A program made the translations under genes and the position numbers. A stretch of 39,193 bases of DNA from Gemmatimonadota bacterium (lineage in GTDB: Bacteria; Latescibacterota; UBA2968; UBA8231): positions 75,375-114,567 of the forward strand of contig JAYPJE010000006.1 of the NCBI GenBank assembly GCA_038128265.1. The letters run 5' to 3'. The first letter of the stretch is position 1. The number at the start of each line of letters is the position of its first letter. The notes beneath the pieces were generated by a model that was not told the origin of the DNA, made no database searches, and worked only from the letters and a program-made list of their open reading frames with translations. This document shows positions 21,198-32,278 of the stretch, in pieces.

Positions 21198-22453
21198 GGC
21201 TGGGCGTCGGATGACAGCGGCTGGAACTGGCGATCCAGCAAAACGACCCCACTTGAGTCGGCGCGAAAACGCAGCACTTTCGTCGCCTCGCCCAGCGCGC
21301 CTTTGCCCAATAATTCTCCCTGAAACGTGTAGCGCAGTCCGTGTGCGCGCCCCGAATGAACGATAAACGCATCCCTCGCCTGCCAGCGATGCACTGAGCC
21401 GGGTGGCACGATGGCGTCAAACAAACCGGACTCGTCCCATTTCACCTGAACCCAGGTGGAGTCAATGGCCTCGATTTGCAGCACTAGTTCCCCACTGTCG
21501 ACGGCCTGCAGCCCGTCGGATAAAACGCCACGCTCTTCCACAACAGCAGCGTTCTGCTCCCGACCTTCCACCACAGCCGACAACACCGTTCCCTCACCAT
21601 CGGGCGATCCACCTGTTTCTGCACCGCCTTCCGCCACGACCGCAACCGTTCCATCTGAAGCCGGTAGAGCTTCAATCGTAGCCTCTACCTCTCCATCAGC
21701 TGCACCTGCAGCCTCTGCAATAGGCGCATCCTCGAGCGTCGTCGCTTCTCCCGTAACAGGGGCGACCTCAGCCGCCGTTTCTTCATCTGAAACAGGCGTA
21801 GCCTCGATAACCGCTTCGACCTCGGCGACCCGCTCTGCCGACTCCGCTTCGACTGCAGTCTGCACTTCGGCGTCAGCGTCGGACTTAGGCACTTGTGCCA
21901 ATTGCACATCAGTAGGAGGACGGTCGCGTTCGGTTTGAGCCGGCTCGGCGCTCGCTGCGGCAGACACCGGCGGGCGCGCGCGCGCTCCGACAGGCACAGC
22001 CTGCTGCATAACTCGTGCTACCTCCTCCGTATCGCGATCTTCCTCATCGTCTACGAGCGCGATAACCAATAGCAGCAAAACCAATGCGCCGGCGGCTATG
22101 GCAACGACGCGTAGAGCGCCCACGTCGAGCGCCGCAGTCGCGCGCGGTGCGGGCTGCGGGCTTGGCGATACGACATCGACCGGCACGCGCTGCATCACCG
22201 CTCCACAGCGCTCGTCGTATTGACTCAGTATGGCCTGCTTGTCCAAGCCCAGATAGTCGACATACGCGCTAAGCGCCAGGCGCGTGAATACCGGTTCGAC
22301 GATATCAAACGCGCCGGACTCCAACCCCGCTAGAACAGACGCGCTAACGCCCGTCGCGCGGTGCACATCGGGCAAACTCACGCCCTTCTCATGCCGCGCG
22401 TCCAGCAGTTGGCGCTCTATACTATCGCTCTCGCTATTGTTTTCGTTCATCAT
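21194..22453 (-). CDS. rodZ: RodZ-like protein: HTH, one TM helix, acidic linker, DUF4115-like C-terminal domain
   Basis: L..AR..KG.SL.DV...T...LE.G.F HTH, YLGLD, hydrophobic VVAIAAGALVLLLLVIALV, C-terminal A..STWVQV; start set to ATG 22453 (ATGA overlap with maf). Confidence 0.75.
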   Translation of the reverse strand: MMNENNSESDSIERQLLDARHEKGVSLPDVHRATGVSASVLAGLESGAFDIVEPVFTRLALSAYVDYLGLDKQAILSQYDERCGAVMQRVPVDVVSPSPQPAPRATAALDVGALRVVAIAAGALVLLLLVIALVDDEEDRDTEEVARVMQQAVPVGARARPPVSAAASAEPAQTERDRPPTDVQLAQVPKSDADAEVQTAVEAESAERVAEVEAVIEATPVSDEETAAEVAPVTGEATTLEDAPIAEAAGAADGEVEATIEALPASDGTVAVVAEGGAETGGSPDGEGTVLSAVVEGREQNAAVVEERGVLSDGLQAVDSGELVLQIEAIDSTWVQVKWDESGLFDAIVPPGSVHRWQARDAFIVHSGRAHGLRYTFQGELLGKGALGEATKVLRFRADSSGVVLLDRQFQPLSSDAQP

Positions 22454-23076
22454 ACATTTTTTTCTCGCCCGCCAGCGGCGCGCGCTGCGGCCGTCACATC
22501 GTACCCCATATCGCCCAAGAGCACGCATAGATGGGCCAGAGGCAACCCGACGACATTATAATAACAACCTACAATCGATTCAATAAAACGCGCCGCACGC
22601 CCCTGTATTCCGTAGGCGCCGGCCTTGTCTAGCGGCTCGCCGCTGGATACGTAGGCATCGATATCTGCGTCCGTCAGCGCGCGCATATTGACCGATGTCT
22701 CTTCGTAGCCTTCGCACTCGTTCCACGCGCTGACCAGACTCAAGCCCGTGTATACGCAATGCCTGCGTCCAGACAGTTGACGCAGCATCTGCGCCGCTTC
22801 GGCCGCATCGGTCGGCTTGCCCAGAATAGCGCCATCGACGCATACGATGGTGTCGGCCCCAATTGCGATGGCGCCATCGGCCGTGCCCTGTTCTCGCAGC
22901 ATCTGGTATACGCAGCGCGCCTTGCTCTGTGCCGAATGCACGACAAATGCCTCGGGAGGCCGACCGTCGGGCAGCGGTTCGGGAGCCGGACTCGGCTCGA
23001 TCGCAAACGAAAGCTCAATCTGCCGCAACAGTTCAGCGCGACGCGGCGAAGCCGAGGCCAGAACGAGGCGCATCAC
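22450..23076 (-). CDS. maf: Maf/YhdE-type nucleoside triphosphate pyrophosphatase
   Basis: LASASPRR, GADT, LGKP, DKAGAYGIQG, NVVGLP. Confidence 0.94.
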   Translation of the reverse strand: MMRLVLASASPRRAELLRQIELSFAIEPSPAPEPLPDGRPPEAFVVHSAQSKARCVYQMLREQGTADGAIAIGADTIVCVDGAILGKPTDAAEAAQMLRQLSGRRHCVYTGLSLVSAWNECEGYEETSVNMRALTDADIDAYVSSGEPLDKAGAYGIQGRAARFIESIVGCYYNVVGLPLAHLCVLLGDMGYDVTAAARAAGGREKNV

Positions 23077-23516
23077 GTCGGCGACTCCACCAGCAGCGTC
23101 ACGGGACCATCGTTGTGAATATCCACCTGCATATCAGCACCAAACACGCCGCATTCAACGGCTATACCTTGTTGGGAAAGGAGGTGGACAAACCGCTCGT
23201 AGAGCACCTTGGCCTGCTCTGGACGCGCAGCGGCATCAAATCCGGGACGCCGCCCCTTGCGGCAGTCGCCGTACAGCGTGAACTGAGAGATGGCCAGGGC
23301 CGCCCCACCGACGTCGATAACAGAGCGATTCATCTTGCCTTCCCCATCGGCAAAGATACGCAAATGCGCACACTTTTCGACACAGAAGCGCACGGCCGCT
23401 TCGTCGTCGTCGCGGTGTATGCCAATCAACAGCACTACACCGGGGCCGATTTCTCCAACAACCGCACCCGATACGCTCACTCGCCCTCGCTTAACGCGCT
23501 GAACAACTACTCTCAT
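23073..23516 (-). CDS. dtd: D-aminoacyl-tRNA deacylase
   Basis: MRVVVQRV, SQFTL, NDGPVT. Confidence 0.96.
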   Translation of the reverse strand: MRVVVQRVKRGRVSVSGAVVGEIGPGVVLLIGIHRDDDEAAVRFCVEKCAHLRIFADGEGKMNRSVIDVGGAALAISQFTLYGDCRKGRRPGFDAAARPEQAKVLYERFVHLLSQQGIAVECGVFGADMQVDIHNDGPVTLLVESPT

Positions 23517-23534
23517 CGCCTTTTCTATACGCCT

Positions 23535-25892
23535 TTAAAAACGCGCATCGCCGCGTTCGATTTTTATTTGCGGTATATCGTTGAACTGCGCTTTAAAATA
23601 GAATGCGCGCGTCTCGTGAAAGCGGCTTGGCTCTATGTTGAACGTCGCCGTCCAATCGTGGAAGCGGCGCTGTAGCGAAAGCAGTTCCGACGTGACGCGC
23701 TCACTAGACACTAGCGCAACACCCGGAGCGCGCAGCGCGTAGTTCACTGAGTAATCCACATTCCATTTGTCTCCCAACCCCAATCCGGTTCCCAGCCGAA
23801 GCCAAGAGCGTTTGGTGACGGAAGCACCGGTGCGCTGGCGCGCGTAATAATGGCTGAATTGCAGGCGGCGACCGCGCGCACGCGCATCGATGTCGCCATT
23901 GAGCCCGCTTTCAAAGCCGTAGCCGCCCGCACCCCCTCCGTATCTCGCTTCATTATCAACGGTGCCCCGGCGCGAGCTCACCCCGTTGCGCTGCGAAAAG
24001 TCGAGCGAGGTGCGCACCTCAAACTGACGCGGCGCCTGCAAACCCCACTGACCATCATCATTGTACCACGCCGATCGCATGCTCAATCGCGAGCTGAGGT
24101 AGCGACCGGCCTCGAAGCTCACGCTGCCCACCAAATCGTCCAGCGGGCGCTCGTCTCTTTCTAAATCGTAGGCGGTGGCAATATTCAGCTGAGCCACGCG
24201 CACTTTGTGCTCTTCTTCCCCGCGCTGCAGCTTGGCCCACAGCGTATTGTCCAAGCGCAGGTCCAGTCGACGCGTCTGTTTCCACGCACCGCTCCGACCG
24301 CCAATCCCCAACAGGCCTCCGCTAGTCTGGCGCGCGGCCTGGTAGTTTAGGTTGAGCGCCGGCTTCAGCACGTGGCGCAAAGCGACCAAGGGGCCCCAGT
24401 GCGGCTGGAACAAACCGTAGAGCGTCTGGCTGATGCTCATCCGCGTCGCCAGGCGATCGTCGCGCAGACCCTTGGCATCGGCACGGCGCAGGTCGGCATC
24501 GCGCCACGAAGCATCCAACGAGGGATTGAAATTGAGCCAGTTGAGCGGCTGATACTGCGCCGTAACGCGCAGGCCCAGATCCGCACTGGTCGTTTGCGCC
24601 GTATCCCGCACCGTGCCCCGCTCAGCGTTGCGCAGACGCGCGCTGCCGTCGTAGTAAATGCGCTGGAACCACCGTTTATCACCACCCTTTGTATCGCCGT
24701 CTCCAGCGGCCCAAAGCGGCTGCCGGCCCTTGCGGAAGCTAACTTCAGGCAGCACGGTATCATAGGTCTCCGAATCCAAATTTTTCGTCTGGCTCGCATT
24801 GAGCGATATGCTATTGCCCGAATCGCGGAAGCGCCGGCTATAGCTAAAATTAGAGCGCAGGGTGCGGTTGAGCCGCTCGTCTAAGCTGGCGCTATTGTCC
24901 AAGCCAAAGCTCTTATTGCTTTGGAACGTGCCGGATGCGCGGATGTTGGCATCGGCACCAATCTGCTGGCTGTGGTTAAACTCAAGGCGCCAGTTGCGCT
25001 GCGCTGCCGAACCACTCTGGCGATTTTCCAGCCGAGCATTGATCCGCCCGTTAAAGCGATAGCGCAGCGCGTAGTTGAGCTGCAGGCGACCGAGCCAGCC
25101 GGAGCGCTGGCGCAAATCCATGGCCGCCGTGGCGTCCCAATAGTCGTTGGGGGCAATATAGTAACCCAGGTCGCGCACTTCCCACTCGCTGAGGTCGCTG
25201 CCGTAGCGCAGCGGCCGACGACCGTAGCCCGGCGTCAAGATACCAGAGCGCCTGTTCTCTCCAAGCGAAAACACGAAAAAGGGAATCCACAGCAGGCGGC
25301 GCTCTTTAACGCGCAGATACACCGGGCGCGCAATGGCCAGGTCGTCGACCATGACTTTGATGCGCGGGCTGTAGAAATCGAAATGTGGAGCCGGCAGATC
25401 ACACGTCGTATAGGACCCCTCGCGCACGCGAAACTCGTCGTCCGTGCGCGTCTGAATTTCGCGTCCGGCATAGTATCCCTTATCGCGCTGAATGCGGCCG
25501 GAACGGATAGATCCGCGCTCATTTTTTAAGTCGTATACAATGCGTTCTCCGCGCAGCACTTCTTTGTCGCGCTTGAGCACCGGCTGCCCGACGACAGCGC
25601 CGCTGCTGTCTACCGCGCTGCGCGCCTCGACTAAGTCGAAGGTGCGATAGTATACCATGTGTGCCGCTTCGAGTACGGCACCTTTATGTTCGACGACGGC
25701 ATCGCCCTGTAAAATGAGTGAATCGCCCTGCTCATAGTACATCATGTACTGAGCGCGATAGGAGAAACCACTGGTCTCGGCTCCGCCTGGCGGCATTTCT
25801 AACAGCTGCCGCGCCGCCTGCAGATCGTCCTGAGCACGGCCATTTTTTACCAGCACGGACCCCAGCAAGGCCAGCGGAAGAATCCACTTCAT
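23535..25892 (-). CDS. lptD: LptD-like LPS-assembly outer-membrane protein
   Basis: Signal peptide, OstA-like N-terminal region, GSYTTCD..PHF, R.SGIL.P, amphipathic beta-strand C-terminal region. Confidence 0.78.
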   Translation of the reverse strand: MKWILPLALLGSVLVKNGRAQDDLQAARQLLEMPPGGAETSGFSYRAQYMMYYEQGDSLILQGDAVVEHKGAVLEAAHMVYYRTFDLVEARSAVDSSGAVVGQPVLKRDKEVLRGERIVYDLKNERGSIRSGRIQRDKGYYAGREIQTRTDDEFRVREGSYTTCDLPAPHFDFYSPRIKVMVDDLAIARPVYLRVKERRLLWIPFFVFSLGENRRSGILTPGYGRRPLRYGSDLSEWEVRDLGYYIAPNDYWDATAAMDLRQRSGWLGRLQLNYALRYRFNGRINARLENRQSGSAAQRNWRLEFNHSQQIGADANIRASGTFQSNKSFGLDNSASLDERLNRTLRSNFSYSRRFRDSGNSISLNASQTKNLDSETYDTVLPEVSFRKGRQPLWAAGDGDTKGGDKRWFQRIYYDGSARLRNAERGTVRDTAQTTSADLGLRVTAQYQPLNWLNFNPSLDASWRDADLRRADAKGLRDDRLATRMSISQTLYGLFQPHWGPLVALRHVLKPALNLNYQAARQTSGGLLGIGGRSGAWKQTRRLDLRLDNTLWAKLQRGEEEHKVRVAQLNIATAYDLERDERPLDDLVGSVSFEAGRYLSSRLSMRSAWYNDDGQWGLQAPRQFEVRTSLDFSQRNGVSSRRGTVDNEARYGGGAGGYGFESGLNGDIDARARGRRLQFSHYYARQRTGASVTKRSWLRLGTGLGLGDKWNVDYSVNYALRAPGVALVSSERVTSELLSLQRRFHDWTATFNIEPSRFHETRAFYFKAQFNDIPQIKIERGDARF

Positions 25893-26629
25893 AAGCGCCG
25901 TTGGCGGTGGACTTCGTAGAGCACAATACCGGCCGCCACCGAAGCGTTGAGCGAACCCACTTCGCTGCGCGCCATGGGAATCGAAACGAGGAAGTCACAG
26001 CGCTCGGCCACCATGCGCCGCAGGCCGCGCCCCTCGCTGCCGACAACTAGCGCACAGGCCGTTCCGTAATCAACGTCCGTAAAATCCGTATTGCCCTGTG
26101 CGTCTAAACCAACGGTCCACACACCCATATCACGCACTTTTTGCAGCGCTTTTTGCACGTTGTCGACCCGGCATATCGGCACGTGTTCTGCGGCACCAGC
26201 CGCGGCTTTAACCGCGGTCGCGGTCAGGCCGCATGCGCCTCGGCGCGGCAGCACCACGGCATCAGCTCCCACCGCATGTGCGCTGCGCACAATGGCCCCC
26301 AAGTTGTGCGGATCCTGTATCTGGTCGAGGAAAACGAGAAAGCCGCGCTGTCGATCAAACTGCTCTAATAGGACGTCGAAATCGGCATAGGACCGCGCTG
26401 CCATATAGGCGATAACGCCTTGGTGACGCGCACCGGCGATGCGATCGAGAAATGCGCGATCGCGCACGTCGTAGGGAATCTTGGACTGGCGCGCCAGTTC
26501 AAAGATCTCGTCGACGACGTCGCCGCGCCCCCCCTCGGCCAAGAGCAAGCGCTGCACGGGACTAGACGACCGCAGCGCCTCCAATACCGGATGGCGCCCC
26601 CAGATGATATCTCGCTCTTTATCGTCCAT
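25889..26629 (-). CDS. rlmB: 23S rRNA (Gm2251) 2'-O-methyltransferase, TrmH/SPOUT family
   Basis: GRHPVLEAL, HQGV.A, DPHNLGAIVRSA, GSEG.G, SLNASVA. Confidence 0.93.
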   Translation of the reverse strand: MDDKERDIIWGRHPVLEALRSSSPVQRLLLAEGGRGDVVDEIFELARQSKIPYDVRDRAFLDRIAGARHQGVIAYMAARSYADFDVLLEQFDRQRGFLVFLDQIQDPHNLGAIVRSAHAVGADAVVLPRRGACGLTATAVKAAAGAAEHVPICRVDNVQKALQKVRDMGVWTVGLDAQGNTDFTDVDYGTACALVVGSEGRGLRRMVAERCDFLVSIPMARSEVGSLNASVAAGIVLYEVHRQRRL

Positions 26630-26748
26630 GGAACCGTCGGAACGGACTCGCCCTACAGCAGATTATTTTTCCGCCTACAGGCGACGCCCCTGCGAAGAAA
26701 AAAAGTATTACTCACTGAATTTAAACAACTTGGGGGATTTGCGATACT

Positions 26749-26765
26749 CTGGCGCAGGCTTTGCT
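26749..26765 (+). promoter_or_regulatory. Sigma-54 (-24/-12) promoter
   Basis: CTGGCGCAGGCTTTGCT; GG at 26751-26752, N10, GC at 26763-26764; one mismatch to TGGCAC-N5-TTGCW. Confidence 0.65.
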
Positions 26766-26802
26766 AAGAACCGGGTAACGCAAACTGCGAATGGAGAATG
26801 AT

Positions 26803-26925
26803 GTGAACACAGCGTACTTATTGATGCAGCTCGGACTCGCCCTGGGCACTCTCGCCATTATCGGCCGCGCCCTCGTCGAACGAGCACAGGAAGTCGGCCT
26901 GCTGGCAACGGCAGACGCCGATTAG
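26803..26925 (+). CDS. Putative 40-aa single-TM small protein MNTAYLLMQLGLALGTLAIIGRALVERAQEVGLLATADAD (not in the ORF track)
   Basis: GGAG at 26793-26796 then GTG at 26803 (in-frame ATG at 26791 is an alternative); TAG at 26923-26925; fills the intergenic gap downstream of the sigma-54 motif. Confidence 0.55.
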   Translation: MNTAYLLMQLGLALGTLAIIGRALVERAQEVGLLATADAD

Positions 26926-27410
26926 CGGCGCCCTTCGCCCGACGCGCCCTTAAAGCCGTCGCCAAAGTCGTAGCCCGCCTTACTCCAGTCTATTTTACCC
27001 GCATTTGATTTGAGCTTGTCCAGTGCATCGGCAGCAGCCTGCTCGGCAGCCGTCGGCTCAGAAGCCGAATTGGCCTCGTTTGCCGCAGACGCCTGCTGCG
27101 CCTTTTTCTTCTGCGGCGCCGATGCCATTGGGCTCCCTTTTTGCCCTGCGGCCTTGGGCTTTTTGGCGGGCGCGTCGTGCAGTTTGGATGACAGCGGCTT
27201 GTCCTTGTAAAAGAAATCGCCAAACTCAATCATGACCGCCGCTTTTTCCTGCGGCGTTATCTCGCCCAAAAAGCCAATGGTATCATTGATTTGTTCAATA
27301 GTCGCCAAATCGAAATCGGCCAATATCTCTCTCGCACGCGATTCGCCCATGGCAATCAAAAAGACGGCTATTTTCTCTAGGCGCGTAAAGCGATCTGCCG
27401 GAGAAGGCAT
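26922..27410 (-). CDS. Hypothetical protein with a stand-alone FliG N-terminal-like domain and a low-complexity K/A/P/Q linker
   Basis: EKIAVFLIAMGE..AREIL......IEQI...I..LGEITPQEKAAVMIEF follows the FliG_N pattern; start set to ATG 27410 behind AAGGA. Confidence 0.65.
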   Translation of the reverse strand: MPSPADRFTRLEKIAVFLIAMGESRAREILADFDLATIEQINDTIGFLGEITPQEKAAVMIEFGDFFYKDKPLSSKLHDAPAKKPKAAGQKGSPMASAPQKKKAQQASAANEANSASEPTAAEQAAADALDKLKSNAGKIDWSKAGYDFGDGFKGASGEGRR

Positions 27411-27463
27411 GGCAACTTCCTTTCCCATTTGAGGTATGTCGCACGGGCGCACTGCTGTATCCA

Positions 27464-30169
27464 CTAGGTCTGTCGGCGCAGCGACTCCTGCCACTCGTTG
27501 AGCTTGATCAGCGCCTGTAGGGGCGTGATCTGGCCCAAATTCATATTCTTCAGCTCGTCGACAAAGGGAGCAATCGCCAGCGGAAATAGTTCGAGCTGCG
27601 AAGTGGCGGCCGTGCCGTTTTGTCCGCCTTCGACGCCCCCCTCATGGGTCTCGTGCACCACCGCCGCTGCGCCCTCTTCAGCGTGCCGTTCTTCAGAGGA
27701 CGAGACATCGCCGCGCGCATCAATTTGCTCGACGTCGATCTGATCCCCTTCCAAGCGCGCTAGAATTTCCTTGGCACGCGCCACCACGTCATTCGGCATA
27801 CCGGCCATTTGCGCCACGTTGATGCCGTAGGAACGATCGGCCGGCCCCGGCGCAAGGCGATGTAGAAACACCACGCGATCGCCGTCTTCGCGCACGGCGA
27901 CATTGAAGTTTTTCACGCGCGGCAGGCGCTGCTCAAGCGCCGTCATCTCGTGGTAGTGGGTGGCAAAGAGCGTGCGCGGACGCGTCTGCGCGTGCTGATG
28001 CAAATATTCGATAATTGACCAGGCAATACTCAACCCGTCAAAGGTGCTCGTTCCACGCCCCAACTCGTCCATTAAGATTAGGCTGCGCTCGCCGACGTTG
28101 TTGAGGATATTGGCCGCCTCGTTCATTTCCACCATGAAGGTGCTCTCGCCGCCGACCAGATTATCGGATGCTCCGACGCGCGTAAATATGCGATCTACTA
28201 CGCCGATATGTGCGGATTTTGCCGGGACGAACGATCCCACCTGTGCCAGTAGGGCAATCAGGCCAATCTGGCGAATAATCGTGCTCTTGCCAGCCATATT
28301 AGGTCCCGTGATGAGCAGGATTTGTGCAGCGTTGGCGTCGATGCGGACGTCGTTGGGTACGAAGCGCCCCGCGCGCAGCTGGCGCTCGACGACGGGATGG
28401 CGCCCCTCGCTAATTTCGATCGCCGCGCTCTCGTCCACGCGCGGCCGAACATAGCGCTCAGCTTCAGCCAGTTCGGCAAAAGAGCACAGCAAATCTATGC
28501 GCGCCAGCGCGCGTGCAATGCGCTGCACTTGGGTAGTCCACTCCGACACGCGGTCGCGCAGCTCCAAAAACAGGCTGCTCTCCAACTCCTTGAGCGCATC
28601 TTCAGCACCCAGCACTTTCTCTTCGTACTCTTTTAGCTCGGGCGTTATATAGCGTTCCGCGTTGGTCAACGTCTGCTTGCGGATGTAGTCCTCCGGGACG
28701 CGCTCGGTGTTTACTTTGCTCACTTCAATGTAATAGCCGAAAACCTGGTTAAAGCCGATTTTCAGCGAAGAAATACCCGTGCGCTCGCGCTCGCGATGCT
28801 GAATCTGCGCAATCAGATCCTTGCCGCCGCGGCTGATCTGGCGCAGCTCGTCGACGCGCTCGTTGAAACCGTCGCGAATCAGGCCTCCCTCCGTCAGCAC
28901 GGCGGGCGGTTCGTCGACCAAACTAGTGCGAATAACGTCGACTAGTGCGCCGACGTCGGGCAGCTCTCGATCGCGCAATTCGACCAGCACACTCGCCTCG
29001 GCCGAACCCAGTTCAGAGCGCACGGCGGGCAGCTTTTCCAGAGAAGTCGCCAGGGCCACTAGATCGCGGGCATTGGCGCGCTGGCAGCAAATGCGCGCCA
29101 TGAGGCGCTCTAAATCACCGACTCCTTGCAGCAAAGTACGCACGGCGCGGCGCACGGAGCGGGCGCGGTACATTTCTTCTACGGCGTCGAGTCGCCCGTT
29201 TATTTCTGCCACTTTTTTCAGCGGCTGTATGAGCCACAGGCGCAGCAGGCGCGCGCCCATTGGCGTGCAGGTATGGTCGACTACTTCAAGCAGTGAACCG
29301 CTGCGGCCTCCGTCCTGCTGATTGCCGAGGATCTCTAGGTTGCGCTGAGCGGTGGCATCGACTAACGCATAGTCTTCGCGGCGGCGACGCTGTAGGCGAT
29401 TGATGTGTTCGACCGCGCCGCGCTGGTTGTCGCGCAGATAGGCAATAACGGCACCGCCGGCGCACAGACCTGCTTCCATGTCCTCGCAGCCAAAACCCTT
29501 CAAAGAACGGACTTTGAGCTGCTCGTAGAGCATATCGCACGCCGCCCCTACCTCAAAATGCCAGTCCTCGATGCGGCTTAGCGCCGCGCGCGGCAGCAGG
29601 CGCTGTAGCTGCTCGACCCAAGCACTATCAGCCCCCTCGGAAAGGAGCAGTTCCGCTGGGGTCAAACTCTGTAGGACATCGCCCAACGCCTCAACGGGCA
29701 CCTCGTCGAGCACAAAGTCTCCGGTCGACAAATCGACGCTGGCCACGCCGACTAAACCGGCCTGCAGGGCCAATCCGACGAGAAAATTGTTGCGCTGCTG
29801 GTCTAGCATTGAGTCGGCCAGCGCAGTGCCAGGGGATACGACCTGCACTACATCTCTCCGGACGACGCCCTTGGCCTGCTTGGGATCTTCTACCTGCTCG
29901 CAGATGGCGACCTTGCGCCCCATTTGAACGAGCTTGGCCAGATAGTTTTCCATCGCGTGGTGCGGCACGCCGGCTAGCGGCACATCGCCCGACGTCTTGC
30001 CGTGGTTGCGCGCAGTCAGCGTCAGACCGAGCAGTCGCGCTGCTTCCTTGGCATCGTCAAAAAACATTTCGTAAAAATCGCCCATGCGAAAAAACAGAAT
30101 GGCGTCCTCGTGCAGGCGCTTAAAGTGCATGTACTGTTCCATCGCCGGCGTGAGTTTGTTTTTGGACAT
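27464..30169 (-). CDS. mutS: DNA mismatch repair protein MutS
   Basis: LTP.MEQY, FRMGDFYEMF, TGPNMAGKST, STFMVEM, DELGRGTST, ATHYHE, clamp-binding-like QLELF. Confidence 0.97.
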   Translation of the reverse strand: MSKNKLTPAMEQYMHFKRLHEDAILFFRMGDFYEMFFDDAKEAARLLGLTLTARNHGKTSGDVPLAGVPHHAMENYLAKLVQMGRKVAICEQVEDPKQAKGVVRRDVVQVVSPGTALADSMLDQQRNNFLVGLALQAGLVGVASVDLSTGDFVLDEVPVEALGDVLQSLTPAELLLSEGADSAWVEQLQRLLPRAALSRIEDWHFEVGAACDMLYEQLKVRSLKGFGCEDMEAGLCAGGAVIAYLRDNQRGAVEHINRLQRRRREDYALVDATAQRNLEILGNQQDGGRSGSLLEVVDHTCTPMGARLLRLWLIQPLKKVAEINGRLDAVEEMYRARSVRRAVRTLLQGVGDLERLMARICCQRANARDLVALATSLEKLPAVRSELGSAEASVLVELRDRELPDVGALVDVIRTSLVDEPPAVLTEGGLIRDGFNERVDELRQISRGGKDLIAQIQHRERERTGISSLKIGFNQVFGYYIEVSKVNTERVPEDYIRKQTLTNAERYITPELKEYEEKVLGAEDALKELESSLFLELRDRVSEWTTQVQRIARALARIDLLCSFAELAEAERYVRPRVDESAAIEISEGRHPVVERQLRAGRFVPNDVRIDANAAQILLITGPNMAGKSTIIRQIGLIALLAQVGSFVPAKSAHIGVVDRIFTRVGASDNLVGGESTFMVEMNEAANILNNVGERSLILMDELGRGTSTFDGLSIAWSIIEYLHQHAQTRPRTLFATHYHEMTALEQRLPRVKNFNVAVREDGDRVVFLHRLAPGPADRSYGINVAQMAGMPNDVVARAKEILARLEGDQIDVEQIDARGDVSSSEERHAEEGAAAVVHETHEGGVEGGQNGTAATSQLELFPLAIAPFVDELKNMNLGQITPLQALIKLNEWQESLRRQT

Positions 30170-30222
30170 AGTGCTCGCGTAAATCTATCGGTTCTAGGTA
30201 GGCAAATGCTGGGTGTGAATGG

Positions 30223-30251
30223 AGTATAAAATAGAACTTTACTTCAGGTAA
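30223..30251 (-). promoter_or_regulatory. Candidate sigma-70 promoter of mutS
   Basis: TTACCT (30251-30246)-N17-TATACT (30228-30223), just downstream of the rpsA terminator. Confidence 0.45.
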
Positions 30252-30295
30252 GCCAAAGGGGGAAACGTTCGGGGCGATGCGCGCTCTGTAGGAGC

Positions 30296-30329
30296 AAAAA
30301 CGGAGCGCCGGGCCACGCCCGACGCTCCG
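30296..30329 (-). terminator. Intrinsic terminator of rpsA
   Basis: 13-bp GC-rich stem (30301-30313 / 30317-30329, one G-U pair on the minus-strand RNA), 3-nt loop, then UUUUU. Confidence 0.85.
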
Positions 30330-30357
30330 CTATGCCACTTTACTTCAGCGCGCGGTA

Positions 30358-32169
<1,812 letters not shown>

Positions 32170-32278
32170 TGTAACACCTCAAATACTGCGGTTAAAGCAG
32201 GTCGGAGACCTGCGTCGATTTGCACCGAGCCGGATTGCCCGGTGCATTGCTACATGTGTTCTCTCTGGGATGCGATGC

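Noticed and set aside
22454..22528. N-terminal extension of the RodZ-like ORF
   Set aside because: Overlaps maf; the ATGA coupling at 22453 is the better start.
22863..23675. 270-aa plus-strand ORF
   Set aside because: Lies antisense across maf, dtd and lptD; no domain signal.
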